DNA of 64,000 nucleotides from Alphaproteobacteria bacterium (GCA_965261735.1 OZ253470.1:128001-192000), one strand, 5' to 3'; shown: positions 8,647-19,576, numbered from the stretch's first letter. Notes: generated from the sequence alone by a model not told the origin. Program-made: numbers and translations.

Positions 8647-11055
8647 CTAGTACAGCCCGCCGGTGCCGGCGCGCACGGCGCTGCCCGTTGCCACCGCGCC
8701 GTCGAGCCCGTCGAGCACCGGGCCGGCCTCGCCCGTGGGCTCCGTCCCCGGCTTGAAGGCCTCGAGGATGACGCTCGTATCGCCGCTCGCGGCCGGCAGG
8801 CCCGTTGCCGCATTCACCCGTACCAGCCGGATGCCAGGCGGGATTCGGAACGGAACGTCGGGCGCGTCGGCGAGCGCTTCGGCCATGAAGTCGCGAAAGA
8901 TCGGGGCGGCGACGCTCGATCCCGTCTCGCCGCGTCCCTGCGAGCGCGGGGTATCAAATCCGACGTAGACGCCGACCGCGAGATCCGGCGAGAACCCGAG
9001 AAACCACGTGTCGATCGAATCGTTGGTGGTGCCCGTCTTGCCCGCGATGGGCTTGCCGACCGCGGCCACGCGCCGCCCGGTGCCGCGCTGGACCACGCCC
9101 TGTAGCAGGCTAACGACCTGATAGGCGGTCGCCGGGTCGATGACCTGCTCGCGCGCATCGGCGATGGTGGGCTCGGGCTGGCCACGCCAGCCTATCGTCG
9201 CGCAGCCCGGGCAGGCGCGTGCGTCGTGCCGGAACACGGTGCGCCCGCGCCGATCCTGGATGCGGTCGATGAGCGCCGGCGTGATGCGCCGCCCGCCATT
9301 CACGAACATCGCGTAAGCGGTCGTCAGGCGCGCCAACGTGGTTTCGGCTGCGCCCAGCGACATCGACAGCATGCGCGGCATGGAATCGACGATCCCCAGC
9401 CGCTCGGCATAGCTCGCCACTTCCTCCATGCCGATGAAGCGCGCGAGGCGCACGGTCATCAGGTTGCGTGACTTCTCGATACCGAGGCGCAGCGTGCTCG
9501 GGCCGTAGAACTTGCGGGTGTAGTTGGCGGGTTTCCACTTGGGCAGCCCGGGCCCCTGATCGATGACGATAGGCCCATCGAGAATGCGGTTCGAGGGCGT
9601 AAGGCCCTGCTCGAGCGCCGCCGCGTAAACCACCGGCTTAAACGCCGAGCCGGGCTGGCGACGCGCCTGCGTCGCTCGATTGAACTGGCTGCGCTCGTAC
9701 GAGTAGCCGCCGACGAGCGCCAGCACCCGCCCGGTATGCGGATCCATGGCGATGAGGGCGCCATCGATGTCCGGCAACTGGCGCAGCGCATAGCCACCCG
9801 GGGACGCGGCCGCGAGCGGCTCGACGGCGATGACGTCGCCCTGCGCCAGGACGTCGCGGGCGTCGCGCACCTTGGGCCCGAGCGCCTGCCCCACCTTCCA
9901 TGGGCGCGCCCAAGCCATCTCGGTGAGCGGTATGAAGCCGCGCTCGCCGCCCCGCAAGCCGATCTCGGCGCCCTCGCGTGTGCCGGCGAGGACCACGGCG
10001 AGCCGCCAGTGGCTGAGCCCCACGGGCGCGTCGACCATGGCTAGGCGCGCCGGCCACGCCGCGTCGACGAGGATCTGAGCGAGTGGCCCACGCCAGCCGT
10101 GGCGCCGGTCATAAGCCTCGAGGCCGGATCTCAGCGTGCGATCTCCGACCTCCTGAAGCCGCGGGTCGAGCGTGGTCCGAACCGATAGTCCGCCCTCGTA
10201 GAGCGCCTTCTCCCCGTAGTGGTCGAGCAACTCGCGCCGTACCTCCTCGACGAAATAGTCGGCGCGAACGAACTCCGCCTCGGCGCGGTTGCGCACGATC
10301 AGGGGCTCGAGCGCGCCTCGTGAGGCATCAAGATCGTTGATAAGCCCGTCTTCGCGCATGCGGCCGAGGACCCAGTCGCGCCGCGCCTTGGCCGCCAAGG
10401 GCTGGCGCAGCGGGTGGTAGTTGTTGGGTGCCTTCGGGAGCGCCGCCAGGAAGGCGGTTTCCCCGAGGGTCAATTCGTCGAGCGAGCGATCGAAATAATT
10501 GAGCGCCGCGGCGGCGACGCCGTAGGAGCCGAAACCAAGGTAGATTTTGTTGAGATAGAGTTCGAGAATTCGCTCCTTGGGCAGCGCCCGCTCGATACGG
10601 AACGCGAGAATCGCTTCCTTGACCTTGCGCTCGACGGAGACCTCGTTACTCAGCAGGAAGTTCTTCGCGACCTGCTGGGTGATGGTCGAGCCGCCGACGG
10701 GCCGGCGCTCCTTGCCGTAGCTGCGGATGTTGGTGAGGGTAGCGCGCAGGACGCTGAGCGCGTCGACGCCTGGATGCTTGAAGAAGTTCTTGTCCTCGGC
10801 CGCCAGGAAGGCGCTGATCAGCTGCTTGGGCATGGCCGAAACCGGCACGAACACGCGCTTCTCGATCGCGTACTCGGCGAGCAGCCGTCCGTTTCCGGCG
10901 TGCACCCGGGTCATCGTCGGCGGCTCGTAGCCCGCGAGCTGCTGGTAGTCCGGCAGGGCGCGTCCGAACTGGTAGAGCACATAAAGGGCGCCACCGCCCG
11001 CCGCCAATAGCAGCAGGACGAGGCTCAGGCCGGCATAGGCAAGAAATCTAAGCAT
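8647..11055 (-). CDS. mrcA: Penicillin-binding protein 1A
   Basis: Transglycosylase motifs AEDKNF and GGSTITQQVAKN; transpeptidase motifs SAFK, SRN and KTG. Confidence 0.95.
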   Translation of the reverse strand: MLRFLAYAGLSLVLLLLAAGGGALYVLYQFGRALPDYQQLAGYEPPTMTRVHAGNGRLLAEYAIEKRVFVPVSAMPKQLISAFLAAEDKNFFKHPGVDALSVLRATLTNIRSYGKERRPVGGSTITQQVAKNFLLSNEVSVERKVKEAILAFRIERALPKERILELYLNKIYLGFGSYGVAAAALNYFDRSLDELTLGETAFLAALPKAPNNYHPLRQPLAAKARRDWVLGRMREDGLINDLDASRGALEPLIVRNRAEAEFVRADYFVEEVRRELLDHYGEKALYEGGLSVRTTLDPRLQEVGDRTLRSGLEAYDRRHGWRGPLAQILVDAAWPARLAMVDAPVGLSHWRLAVVLAGTREGAEIGLRGGERGFIPLTEMAWARPWKVGQALGPKVRDARDVLAQGDVIAVEPLAAASPGGYALRQLPDIDGALIAMDPHTGRVLALVGGYSYERSQFNRATQARRQPGSAFKPVVYAAALEQGLTPSNRILDGPIVIDQGPGLPKWKPANYTRKFYGPSTLRLGIEKSRNLMTVRLARFIGMEEVASYAERLGIVDSMPRMLSMSLGAAETTLARLTTAYAMFVNGGRRITPALIDRIQDRRGRTVFRHDARACPGCATIGWRGQPEPTIADAREQVIDPATAYQVVSLLQGVVQRGTGRRVAAVGKPIAGKTGTTNDSIDTWFLGFSPDLAVGVYVGFDTPRSQGRGETGSSVAAPIFRDFMAEALADAPDVPFRIPPGIRLVRVNAATGLPAASGDTSVILEAFKPGTEPTGEAGPVLDGLDGAVATGSAVRAGTGGLY

Positions 11056-11146
11056 CCGATGGTCTTAGCCTGCCCCCCGGCACATCACCGCGGCCAGCCC
11101 ACGCGGCGCGGCATCAAGACTAGCATAGGGGCGAAATTTGTCCGAG

Positions 11147-12343
11147 TTATGGCAATTCGACCAATTCGCCGCGGCGCCTGAAATAGGCGTCGGTGGAGCG
11201 GACGAGCGCCTCGACGAGGGTTGCACGCCCGGCGGTCGAGGAAAGCAACCTCTCGTCGGCGCGGTTCGAGAGGTAACCGAGCTCGACGAGCACCGAGGGC
11301 ACATCTGGCCCTTTGAGGACCGCGAATCCAGCGAACCGGTGGCTGCTGCGCAGGACCCGCGCGCGCCGGCGCATCTCGGTGATGAGGATATTCGCGTAGC
11401 GCGCCGACATGTTCATGGTCTCACGCTGGGCCAAGTCGATGAGGATGCTGGAGACCTCGTCGCTCTCGTCGCTGAGGTCGACGCCGGCCAGTATGTCGGC
11501 ACGGTTTTCCTTGGCCGCGAGTTCCGCCGCTTCCTTGTCCGAGGCCGTTTCGGACAGGGTGTAGACAGAGGCTCCCCGCACCCGTCGGTTGGGGATGACA
11601 TCGGCGTGGAGCGAAACGAAGAGTTCGCCTTCGGCGTCGCGCGCCGTCTTGATGCGGTCGCGCAAGCTCACGAAGACGTCGCTGTCGCGCGTCATCGCGA
11701 CGCGGTATCGGCCCGTGGCGACAAGCGCCGCACTCAGCTCGCGCGCCGCCGCCAGCGTGATGTTCTTTTCGTAAGCGCCGGTGGCGCCGATGGCGCCGGG
11801 GTCGACGCCGCCGTGCCCCGGATCGATGACCACGACCCGGGCCACCGAAGAGCTGCCCGGGCGGCTTTTCGGCAAGCGCACAACCGCGGCCGGCATCGCC
11901 GGCATCGCGGAGCCGCGGAAATCGCGCGCGGCAACCGCTCCGAGATCGATCACCACCCGGTGGGCGTGCCCCTCTTTGGGGGCCAGCACGAAATCACGTA
12001 CCACCCGCACGGGGCCGGTCAGATCGAGGACGATCCGCGACACTCCCTGCGTGAAAGGGCCGTAGCGGTAGCCGTGGATGAGCCCGCGGGCGCCGGGGTT
12101 GGCTTCCGGGTGGTTGCGCCAAACGGCGCCGGGGAGGTCGATGACCAACCGATAAGGGTCGGCGAGCGCGAAGATCGTGTAGTCGACAGCCTCGGTTACT
12201 TCGATGACGAATCGGGTCTTGTCGGGATGCTCGCCGACACGGAGCGCGGTCACGACAGGCTCAGCCCGCAGGCCGCCCGCAGGAGCCGACAGCGCGAGGA
12301 GAATGGCCGCAGCGCATGCGCGAACTCCCCACACACCTAACAT
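11147..12343 (-). CDS. amiC: N-acetylmuramoyl-L-alanine amidase (AMIN plus Amidase_3)
   Basis: IDPGHGG, EK, SLHAD and SVLVELGY motifs; signal peptide. Confidence 0.93.
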   Translation of the reverse strand: MLGVWGVRACAAAILLALSAPAGGLRAEPVVTALRVGEHPDKTRFVIEVTEAVDYTIFALADPYRLVIDLPGAVWRNHPEANPGARGLIHGYRYGPFTQGVSRIVLDLTGPVRVVRDFVLAPKEGHAHRVVIDLGAVAARDFRGSAMPAMPAAVVRLPKSRPGSSSVARVVVIDPGHGGVDPGAIGATGAYEKNITLAAARELSAALVATGRYRVAMTRDSDVFVSLRDRIKTARDAEGELFVSLHADVIPNRRVRGASVYTLSETASDKEAAELAAKENRADILAGVDLSDESDEVSSILIDLAQRETMNMSARYANILITEMRRRARVLRSSHRFAGFAVLKGPDVPSVLVELGYLSNRADERLLSSTAGRATLVEALVRSTDAYFRRRGELVELP

Positions 12344-12806
12344 GTAGTGGCGCTCCCCTAGATTCGCACTATATATAACGGCAGTTGAAGCGATCCGGCA
12401 AAGGATATAGTGTCAAGTCGTGGCGACCCCAAACCGCGAATCCTATTGTCCTTATTTTGCGGCCAGCGTCAGAATGGATTTGATCTACCTGCGCGGGCAA
12501 CGCCGCAGCGGGGTTTTGTTTCAGGGCTTCCGGCCCGTTTGGCCGGCGGCGACATAATGCGGATACAGACTCAAACCACAGGTAGAGCCGCCGTCCCCTC
12601 CGCCCGCCACCTGCTATCACCGGCTCGATTGAGAGATTCGTTGGTGCCCCGGCGCTTCGACCGGGGCATCGGCAGCCTGTCGCATCGCCGCAAGAACATT
12701 GATTGCGCGCGGCCATGCACTGGCGCCACCCCTACCACCGTAACATCAGACAAGGCGCCGCGGCGCGAACGCGCTGCAGCGACTTACAAACATGGAGTTT
12801 CGCTAC

Positions 12807-15353
12807 ATGACCACGCGTATGTTAATCGACGCGGCCCACCCGGAGGAGACCCGGGTGGTCGTCGTTCGCGGCAACCGTCTCGAAGAGTTTGATTTCGAGA
12901 CTTCGACCAAGAAACAGCTCAAGGGAAATATCTATCTCGCGAAGGTAACCAGGGTCGAGCCCTCGCTGCAGGCGGCCTTCGTCGACTACGGCGGGAACCG
13001 GCACGGGTTCCTCGCGTTCAACGAGATTCATCCCGACTACTATCAGATCCCGATCGCGGACCGCGAGGCGCTGCTCGCGGAGGAGGCCGCGAGCGACGCG
13101 GCGGAAAGGGCCGAGGCGGATGCCGCGGCCGACGCCGCGGGCGGCACGGGCGCCGGCGACGACGCCGAGCTGACGGCCCCCGAACCGAGCGATCCCGACG
13201 AGGCCGCGATCGCCGAATCCACCGGGAGCGGCGGCGACGGCACCTCGGCCGGCGAAACTAGGTCACCGACGGAAGTCGAGGCGGTCGGCGGCGACGAGGT
13301 CGACGAGGTCACCCGGCGGCGTGCCCGCACCAACCGGCGCTACAAGATCCAGGAAGTCATCAAGCGCCGCCAGATACTCCTCGTCCAGGTGGTCAAGGAG
13401 GAACGCGGCACCAAAGGGGCCGCGCTCACCACGTATGTGTCGCTCGCCGGGCGACACTGCGTGTTGATGCCCAACACGGCCCGCGGCGGCGGCATCAGCA
13501 GAAAGATCGTTAGTGCTCCCGACCGCAAGCGGCTCAAATCCATCGTCAACGATCTCAGCGTCCCCGAGGGGATGGGACTTATCGTCCGCACGGCGGGCGC
13601 GCAACGCAGCAAGGCGGAAATTCGCCGGGACTACGACTTCCTGCTGAGGCACTGGGATACCGTTCGCGAGCTCACCTTGAACTCGACCGCGCCCGCGCTC
13701 GTGCACGAGGAAGCCAACCTGATCAAGCGATCGATCCGCGACCTCTACACCAAGGACATCGACCAAGTGCTGGTCGAGGGCGACGAAGGCTACAAGACGG
13801 CCAAGGCGTTCATGCGCATGCTCATGCCGAGCCACGCCGCACGGGTTCAGCCCTACCGGGATCGCGTTCCCCTATTCCACAGCCAGGGTGTGGAGCAGCA
13901 GTTCGATCCCATTCACAGTCCCGTGGTTCACCTCAACGGGGGCGGCTACATCATCATCAGCCCGACCGAGGCGCTGGTCTCCGTCGACGTCAACTCGGGC
14001 CGCGCCACAAAGGAACGCAATATCGAGGAAACGGCGGTGAAGACCAACCTCGAGGCGGCGGTCGAGATCGCGCGCCAGTTGCGCCTGAGGGACCTCGCCG
14101 GGCTCATCGTCATTGATTTTATCGACATGGACGAGGGCAGGAACAACCGCGCCGTCGAGCGCCGCATCAAGGAGTCGCTGAAATCGGACCGGGCGCGCAT
14201 CCAGGTCGGGCGCATTAGTGCCTTCGGCCTGCTTGAAATGTCGCGCCAACGCCTGCGACCGAGCTTGATCGAGGCGAGCACGGATGTGTGCGAGCGCTGC
14301 GGCGGGGCCGGTCACGTGCGCTCCACGGAATCCTCCGCGCTGCAGGTGCTGCGCGCCATCGAGGATGAGGGCATTCGCGAGTCCGGCGCCGAGATCACCG
14401 TCCACGTCGCGACGCCCATCGCGATCTACCTGTTGAACCACAAGCGGGCCTCGGTCGCCGACATCGAGCGCCGCTACGACTTCACGATCATCTTCTTTGG
14501 CGACGACAAGCTCGTGCCTCCCGAACACCGCATCGATCGGCTGGCGAAGCCGAGCGCCGCTCGGGTCGAGGCGGCCGCGGAGGCGCCTGCCGGCGAGGAA
14601 GGAGAGGCCGAAGGCGCGGCGACCGAGGAGGATTCGGCGGAAGCTGCCGGTAAACGCCGTCGGCGAGGCAAGCGCGGCGGGCGCCGCCGCTCCAAGCGGG
14701 GCGGCGCGGAGGAAGTCGTTAGCGAGGCGACGCCAGCCCCCATGGGCGAAAGTGAGCCCGTGGGCGAGGATGAACCCGCGAGCGAGGGCGAACTCGTGGC
14801 CGAGGCCGCGGCACCGCCGACGGCCGTCAGCGACGAATCGCCGCCGCGCGAAGGCAAGCCGGCGAAGCGCCGCCGCCGCAGCCGCGCGCGCAAGCCCAAG
14901 ACGGACGCCGATATGGCGGTCGCAGCTGACGACTCCGATGCGGCGCCGCCTGGCGGCAACGGGGGAAGCGCCGAGGCTGGCCCGGTCGAGGTTCCGGCCA
15001 CCGCGGGTATCCCCTGGAGCGGCGATCCAGCCGAGGTGAATGTTGCGGCGGCTTCCCCCTCGACCGTGGTCTGGAGTAGCGAGAGCGAGGTCGAGCAGGT
15101 CCCTTCGCTGGCCGCCGAGCGTGAGGCCGAGCCAATGACCGTCGAGCCGCCAGCGATCGAGGCGGCCGTTTCGATTCAGACGCTGGAGAGCCGACCGATT
15201 GAGTCACGGGACACGGCGCCCAGCGATGAGGCCGGCGCAGACGCCGGCGTCGACGCCCCTACGCCATCGGCCATCGCCGCCGAGGCGGAGTCAGAAGATG
15301 AGGGAGAGAAGGGAGCCCGCCGCCGCGGCTGGTGGCGACGCGTGATCGAATAG
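12807..15353 (+). CDS. rne: Ribonuclease E
   Basis: MLIDAAHPEETRV, GNIYLAKVTRVEPSLQAAF, DVNSG, DFIDM and C-xx-C Zn link; acidic S1 insert; disordered C-terminus ending GWW. Confidence 0.96.
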   Translation: MTTRMLIDAAHPEETRVVVVRGNRLEEFDFETSTKKQLKGNIYLAKVTRVEPSLQAAFVDYGGNRHGFLAFNEIHPDYYQIPIADREALLAEEAASDAAERAEADAAADAAGGTGAGDDAELTAPEPSDPDEAAIAESTGSGGDGTSAGETRSPTEVEAVGGDEVDEVTRRRARTNRRYKIQEVIKRRQILLVQVVKEERGTKGAALTTYVSLAGRHCVLMPNTARGGGISRKIVSAPDRKRLKSIVNDLSVPEGMGLIVRTAGAQRSKAEIRRDYDFLLRHWDTVRELTLNSTAPALVHEEANLIKRSIRDLYTKDIDQVLVEGDEGYKTAKAFMRMLMPSHAARVQPYRDRVPLFHSQGVEQQFDPIHSPVVHLNGGGYIIISPTEALVSVDVNSGRATKERNIEETAVKTNLEAAVEIARQLRLRDLAGLIVIDFIDMDEGRNNRAVERRIKESLKSDRARIQVGRISAFGLLEMSRQRLRPSLIEASTDVCERCGGAGHVRSTESSALQVLRAIEDEGIRESGAEITVHVATPIAIYLLNHKRASVADIERRYDFTIIFFGDDKLVPPEHRIDRLAKPSAARVEAAAEAPAGEEGEAEGAATEEDSAEAAGKRRRRGKRGGRRRSKRGGAEEVVSEATPAPMGESEPVGEDEPASEGELVAEAAAPPTAVSDESPPREGKPAKRRRRSRARKPKTDADMAVAADDSDAAPPGGNGGSAEAGPVEVPATAGIPWSGDPAEVNVAAASPSTVVWSSESEVEQVPSLAAEREAEPMTVEPPAIEAAVSIQTLESRPIESRDTAPSDEAGADAGVDAPTPSAIAAEAESEDEGEKGARRRGWWRRVIE

Positions 15354-15381
15354 CGGCGGGGAGCGCGGACAGGCGCTCCCG

Positions 15382-16536
15382 TCAGGCGAGCCACTTCTTC
15401 AGGCGCCGCGCGGCCTCGGCCATGTCTTCGGTCGCGCCGGCGAAGCAAAAACGCACGTAGGCGCTGCCGCGATCGACGTCGAAATCGACGCCGGGCGTCG
15501 CCGCGACCCCGGTTTGCGCCAGCATATCCTTGCAAAATGCGGTGCTGTCATTGGTCAGCTTGCGCACGTCGGCAAACAAGTAGAAGGCCCCGTCCGCCGG
15601 GGCCAGCCGATTGAATCCGGCCGCCGGCAGCTCCTTCAGCAGGAGTTCGCGGTTACGCGCATAGCGCTCGACGTTGAGGTCGAGCTCGTCGCCGCAGTCG
15701 AACGCGTGGCCACCGGCGAGCTGCGCCAGGGTCGGCGGCGAGATGAACAGATTCTGCGCCAAGCGCTCGATCGTGCGCACGAGATCTTCGGGCAGCACCA
15801 TCCACCCAAGCCGCCAACCGGTCATGCAATAGTATTTGGAGAAACTGTTGATGACGATGGCGTGGTCGTTGAACGCGAGCGCGGTCTCGGCCCGCTCACC
15901 GTAGGCTATGCCGTGGTAGATTTCGTCTGAAATCACGCGAATACGCTTTGCCGCGCAATAGTCGAGCAGCTCCTCGAGCGCGCTCGAGGAGAGCATCGTG
16001 CCCGTCGGGTTGGCCGGGCTCGCGATGAGGAGGCCGTCGAGCGCGCCGGCGCCGGCGTCGGCCTCGAGCAGCGCCGGCGTCGGTTGGAAGCGGTCCTCCG
16101 GGCCACTCGCCAGGCACACGGGCTCGATGCTCAGCGCCGAGAGGATATTGCGGTAGGCCGGGTAGCCGGGAGCGGTCAGGGCCACCCGATCACCGATGTC
16201 GAACGAGGCGAGAAACGAGAGTAGAAAGCCGCCCGAGGAGCCGTTGGTTAGGACGATGCGCGATGGCGCCACGTCGATCCCATAGGCTTCGCCATAGTGG
16301 CGCGCGATTCGCGCGCGTAGGTCGGGCACACCGAGCGCCTCGGTGTAGCCGAGCGGGGCCTCGCGCAGCGCGGTGACGGCTGCTTCGATGACGGGCCTTG
16401 GGGCGCCCGTGCTCGGCTCGCCGATCTCGAGGTGGATGACGTCGGCGCCGGCGGCGGCGCGCTCATTCGCCGCCTTGAGCACCTCCATCGCGTAGAAGGG
16501 GGAAATGGCGCTGCGCCGTGATGCTTTTATGGCCAC
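15382..16536 (-). CDS. Class I/II PLP-dependent aminotransferase
   Basis: SPANPTG, DEIY and SFSKYYCMTGWRLG motifs. Confidence 0.92.
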   Translation of the reverse strand: MAIKASRRSAISPFYAMEVLKAANERAAAGADVIHLEIGEPSTGAPRPVIEAAVTALREAPLGYTEALGVPDLRARIARHYGEAYGIDVAPSRIVLTNGSSGGFLLSFLASFDIGDRVALTAPGYPAYRNILSALSIEPVCLASGPEDRFQPTPALLEADAGAGALDGLLIASPANPTGTMLSSSALEELLDYCAAKRIRVISDEIYHGIAYGERAETALAFNDHAIVINSFSKYYCMTGWRLGWMVLPEDLVRTIERLAQNLFISPPTLAQLAGGHAFDCGDELDLNVERYARNRELLLKELPAAGFNRLAPADGAFYLFADVRKLTNDSTAFCKDMLAQTGVAATPGVDFDVDRGSAYVRFCFAGATEDMAEAARRLKKWLA

Positions 16537-16563
16537 GTTGGAACTCCGACTCTTGCCTGGACG

Positions 16564-18165
16564 CTAGCGCCCGACTCGTAAGCCGAAGGATCGCCGATCC
16601 GCGCGGAAGGTGCACTCGCCGACAAAGCCACTCGGGCTCTGTGGACAATGGGCGGCGTTGACGAACCCCAGCGGATCGAAGCGGACGGCCGCGTGGCCGC
16701 GCTCGCGCAGCGAAACGAGCGTCTCCGCCTCGACACCGCTCTCATAATGGACGAGATCCGGTGAGCCGACATGGGCGAGGCGAGGCGCGTCGATCGCGCT
16801 GGCGAGCGGCTCACCGTCGAAGAGAACACCAAGGGCCGTTGCCATGACGGCCGCGGGCGCCGCGGCGCCGCCCGAGGCCACGGCGACGAGAACGAGCTCA
16901 TCGACGTGGTGCCGCTCGACCAGCACCGCCCCGAGGTAGGGCTCGCTCGATCCGGCCGCGCGGGTTCGCGCGGGAATGATGCCGGTGAGCGGATCGCGGC
17001 GGCCGACGCCGAAAGGTGCGTTCATCGTCAGTCCGCAGGCGACGGCCGAGCCATCCCGGTCGGCCACGACAAAGCTAGTCGTCCCGTCGCTCCCCGCCAC
17101 GGCGGGCCCGACCGGCGCACCGGGCGGCGCGGTGGTCGGCGCGGTGGTCGGGGCCATAGCATCCGGCGCCATATGCCTGTTGGCGTCGTAGTTGGTCATG
17201 AGCGCATCGGCGCGAAACGCGGAGATCTGCGATACACCCGCGGGTCGGCGGCTGGCGGCGTCTACATAGGCGCGCATCGAGACCTCGGCGAAGAGATGCG
17301 CGCGCTCGTCCTCCGGGGTGCTGCGATAACGATCACCGGCGGTGAGCATCGCCCACATCTCGCCGACCAGCATGCCGCCGAGCGCGGGTCCCGCCGAGGC
17401 GTGCACCGTTAGCTTGGCGAGCGTGAGGCGGGCTGTTTCCCGCCACGCCGGCAGATAGCTCCTCATGTCGTCCAGCGTCAGGGCACCGCCCATGCGGCCC
17501 GCGGCCTCAACGTAGTTGCGTGCGATCATGCCGGCGTGGAAGTCCCCGGGTCCGCGTGTCCTGAGCGCGCTCAGGGTCGCCGCCAGCTCGACTTGCGCCA
17601 GCCCCTCGCCCTCGCTCAAGAGCTTGCCTTCCTTCAGCAACAGCTGCGAGAGGCTGTCGTCGACCTCGATCCGGGCAAAGTTCGTGGCCGCCGACCGCGT
17701 CAAGGCTCGCGACACGGGGTGGCCGAACCTCGCGATTTGCTCGGCCGGCGCCAGGAGCCGCGCCCAACGGAGCCGCCCGTAGCGTGCATGCAGGGCGGCC
17801 ATCGCCCGCACCGAACCCGGCACCGCGACCGCGCCGCCGCCGGCCGGCGTGCGGGGCAAGAACTCGAGGCTCTCGACGATGCCCGTTGCCGCGTCGTAGG
17901 TGATGCACACGCCACCGCCGCCCACGCTGGCGGCAATGGGATAGGTCACCGTGAGGGTGAAGAACAGGGCCACGGCTGCGTCCGCCGCGGTACCGCCCGA
18001 GGACAGTACCTCGCCCGCCACGACCGCCGCGCGGGGCTCGTCCGCCGCCGCCCCGCCGGTATAGCCCTCGACGTTGCCGATGACTCCGAGCTCGGGGCGC
18101 TCCTCGCCGCAGCCGGCCAAGAGCGCGCCGGCCAAGACCACGAGCGCGGCGGATTGACGCCGCAC
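16564..18165 (-). CDS. Gamma-glutamyltransferase-like lipoprotein
   Basis: GGTAADAAVA, GGGG, VAVPG and GTTSFVVAD motifs. GTG start at 18165 gives a signal peptide with lipobox LAGC. Confidence 0.8.
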   Translation of the reverse strand: MRRQSAALVVLAGALLAGCGEERPELGVIGNVEGYTGGAAADEPRAAVVAGEVLSSGGTAADAAVALFFTLTVTYPIAASVGGGGVCITYDAATGIVESLEFLPRTPAGGGAVAVPGSVRAMAALHARYGRLRWARLLAPAEQIARFGHPVSRALTRSAATNFARIEVDDSLSQLLLKEGKLLSEGEGLAQVELAATLSALRTRGPGDFHAGMIARNYVEAAGRMGGALTLDDMRSYLPAWRETARLTLAKLTVHASAGPALGGMLVGEMWAMLTAGDRYRSTPEDERAHLFAEVSMRAYVDAASRRPAGVSQISAFRADALMTNYDANRHMAPDAMAPTTAPTTAPPGAPVGPAVAGSDGTTSFVVADRDGSAVACGLTMNAPFGVGRRDPLTGIIPARTRAAGSSEPYLGAVLVERHHVDELVLVAVASGGAAAPAAVMATALGVLFDGEPLASAIDAPRLAHVGSPDLVHYESGVEAETLVSLRERGHAAVRFDPLGFVNAAHCPQSPSGFVGECTFRADRRSFGLRVGR

Positions 18166-18191
18166 CTCCCCCGCCCTAGTTTTCACGCTCG

Positions 18192-19568
18192 ATGCCAAGG
18201 ATCGATCGTCGCCACACCTGGCAGGCTCGCGGCCGCGCGCGCATCCTGCTTTTCCTGATCGCCTTCGCGGCCTCGGTGGCTGCCCCGGCCGTCGAGGCCC
18301 AGGCGCGCACTCTATCTTTGATCCGTGATGCCGAAATCGAACATAGCATCCGCGCCCACGTGACGCCACTCCTGGCCGCTGCAGGGGTAGACGCGGATTC
18401 GGTGCGCGTTCATATCGTCCACGATTCGCGACTCAATGCGTTCATCGCGGGCGGCCAAAACATCTTCATATTCACGGGCCTGCTCCTCAAGAGCGAGGAT
18501 CCGGGCGAAATCGCTGGCGTTCTCGCCCACGAGATCGGCCACATCGCCGGCGGCCACCTGGCGCGTACCCAGGATGCGCTGCGCAACGCCAGCGCACAGT
18601 CGATCCTAGCGATGGTGCTCGGCGCCGCCGCCACCATCGGCGGCGCGGGCCAGGCCGGTTCGGCGATCATCAGCGCCGGCACCAGCGCCGCCCAGGGAAG
18701 TTTCCTCCAATACAGCCGCGACCAGGAATCAACGGCAGATCACGCCGCGCTAAGTTACCTGGAGGGCACCGGCCAGTCGGCGCGCGGCCTGCTCACCACG
18801 CTCGAACGGCTCGGCGATCAGGAAGCGCTCCTCAGCAGCAGCCAGGACGTCTACGCGCGAAGCCACCCGCTCTCGGCCGAGCGGGTCGCCACTCTGCGCC
18901 AGCGCGTGGCCCAATCGCGCTATGCCGACGCTCCCACCGACCCCCGGGTCGTGATCGCCCACCGGCGCATGAAGGCCAAGCTCCACGGCTTCCTAGAGCC
19001 CCCACGCCGTACCTTGCGTCGCTTCCCGCCCACGAATACGAGCCTCGACGCGCGCTACGCCCGGGCGGCGGCCTATCATCGGATCCCCGATCTCGACAAG
19101 GCGCTCGCCGAGGTCGACCATCTCGTCGCCGCGTATCCGGAGGATCCCTACTTTCACGAGCTCAAGGGCCAGATTCTCTACGAGAGCGGGCGCGTGGGCG
19201 AAGCCCTGCCCTCGCTCGCGGCGGCGGTGCGGCTAGCGCCCGCCTCACCCCTGCTGAGGATCGCCTTCGCCCAGGCCCAGATAGCGGTCGGCGATTCCAG
19301 CCTCAACGAGCTCGCGATCATGCACCTCAGCGAGGCTGTGAAGATCGAGCCCCGCAACGCAAGCGCTTGGCTGCAGCTCGCCATCGCCTACGGGCGCGCC
19401 GGGGATATGGGGAACTCGGCGCTCGCCAATGCCGAGCACCACCTGCTCATCGGCCACAAGGAGGACGCCCGCCGGCAAGCCGAGCGCGCCGAGAGGCTGT
19501 TGTCGCCGGGCGCGCCCGGCAGGCTCAGGGCCGAGGATATTATCCGGGCCGCAACGCCCAGCAAGTGA
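18192..19568 (+). CDS. M48 family metalloprotease with TPR (BepA/YfgC-like)
   Basis: LNAF, HEIGH, YSRDQE and SHP motifs; C-terminal TPR-like helices. Confidence 0.92.
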   Translation: MPRIDRRHTWQARGRARILLFLIAFAASVAAPAVEAQARTLSLIRDAEIEHSIRAHVTPLLAAAGVDADSVRVHIVHDSRLNAFIAGGQNIFIFTGLLLKSEDPGEIAGVLAHEIGHIAGGHLARTQDALRNASAQSILAMVLGAAATIGGAGQAGSAIISAGTSAAQGSFLQYSRDQESTADHAALSYLEGTGQSARGLLTTLERLGDQEALLSSSQDVYARSHPLSAERVATLRQRVAQSRYADAPTDPRVVIAHRRMKAKLHGFLEPPRRTLRRFPPTNTSLDARYARAAAYHRIPDLDKALAEVDHLVAAYPEDPYFHELKGQILYESGRVGEALPSLAAAVRLAPASPLLRIAFAQAQIAVGDSSLNELAIMHLSEAVKIEPRNASAWLQLAIAYGRAGDMGNSALANAEHHLLIGHKEDARRQAERAERLLSPGAPGRLRAEDIIRAATPSK

Positions 19569-19576
19569 GGCCACCG

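Noticed and set aside
17126-17152. 12-nt tandem repeat encoding APTTAPTT
   Set aside because: Only two copies, in a linker region; a trivial slippage duplication.
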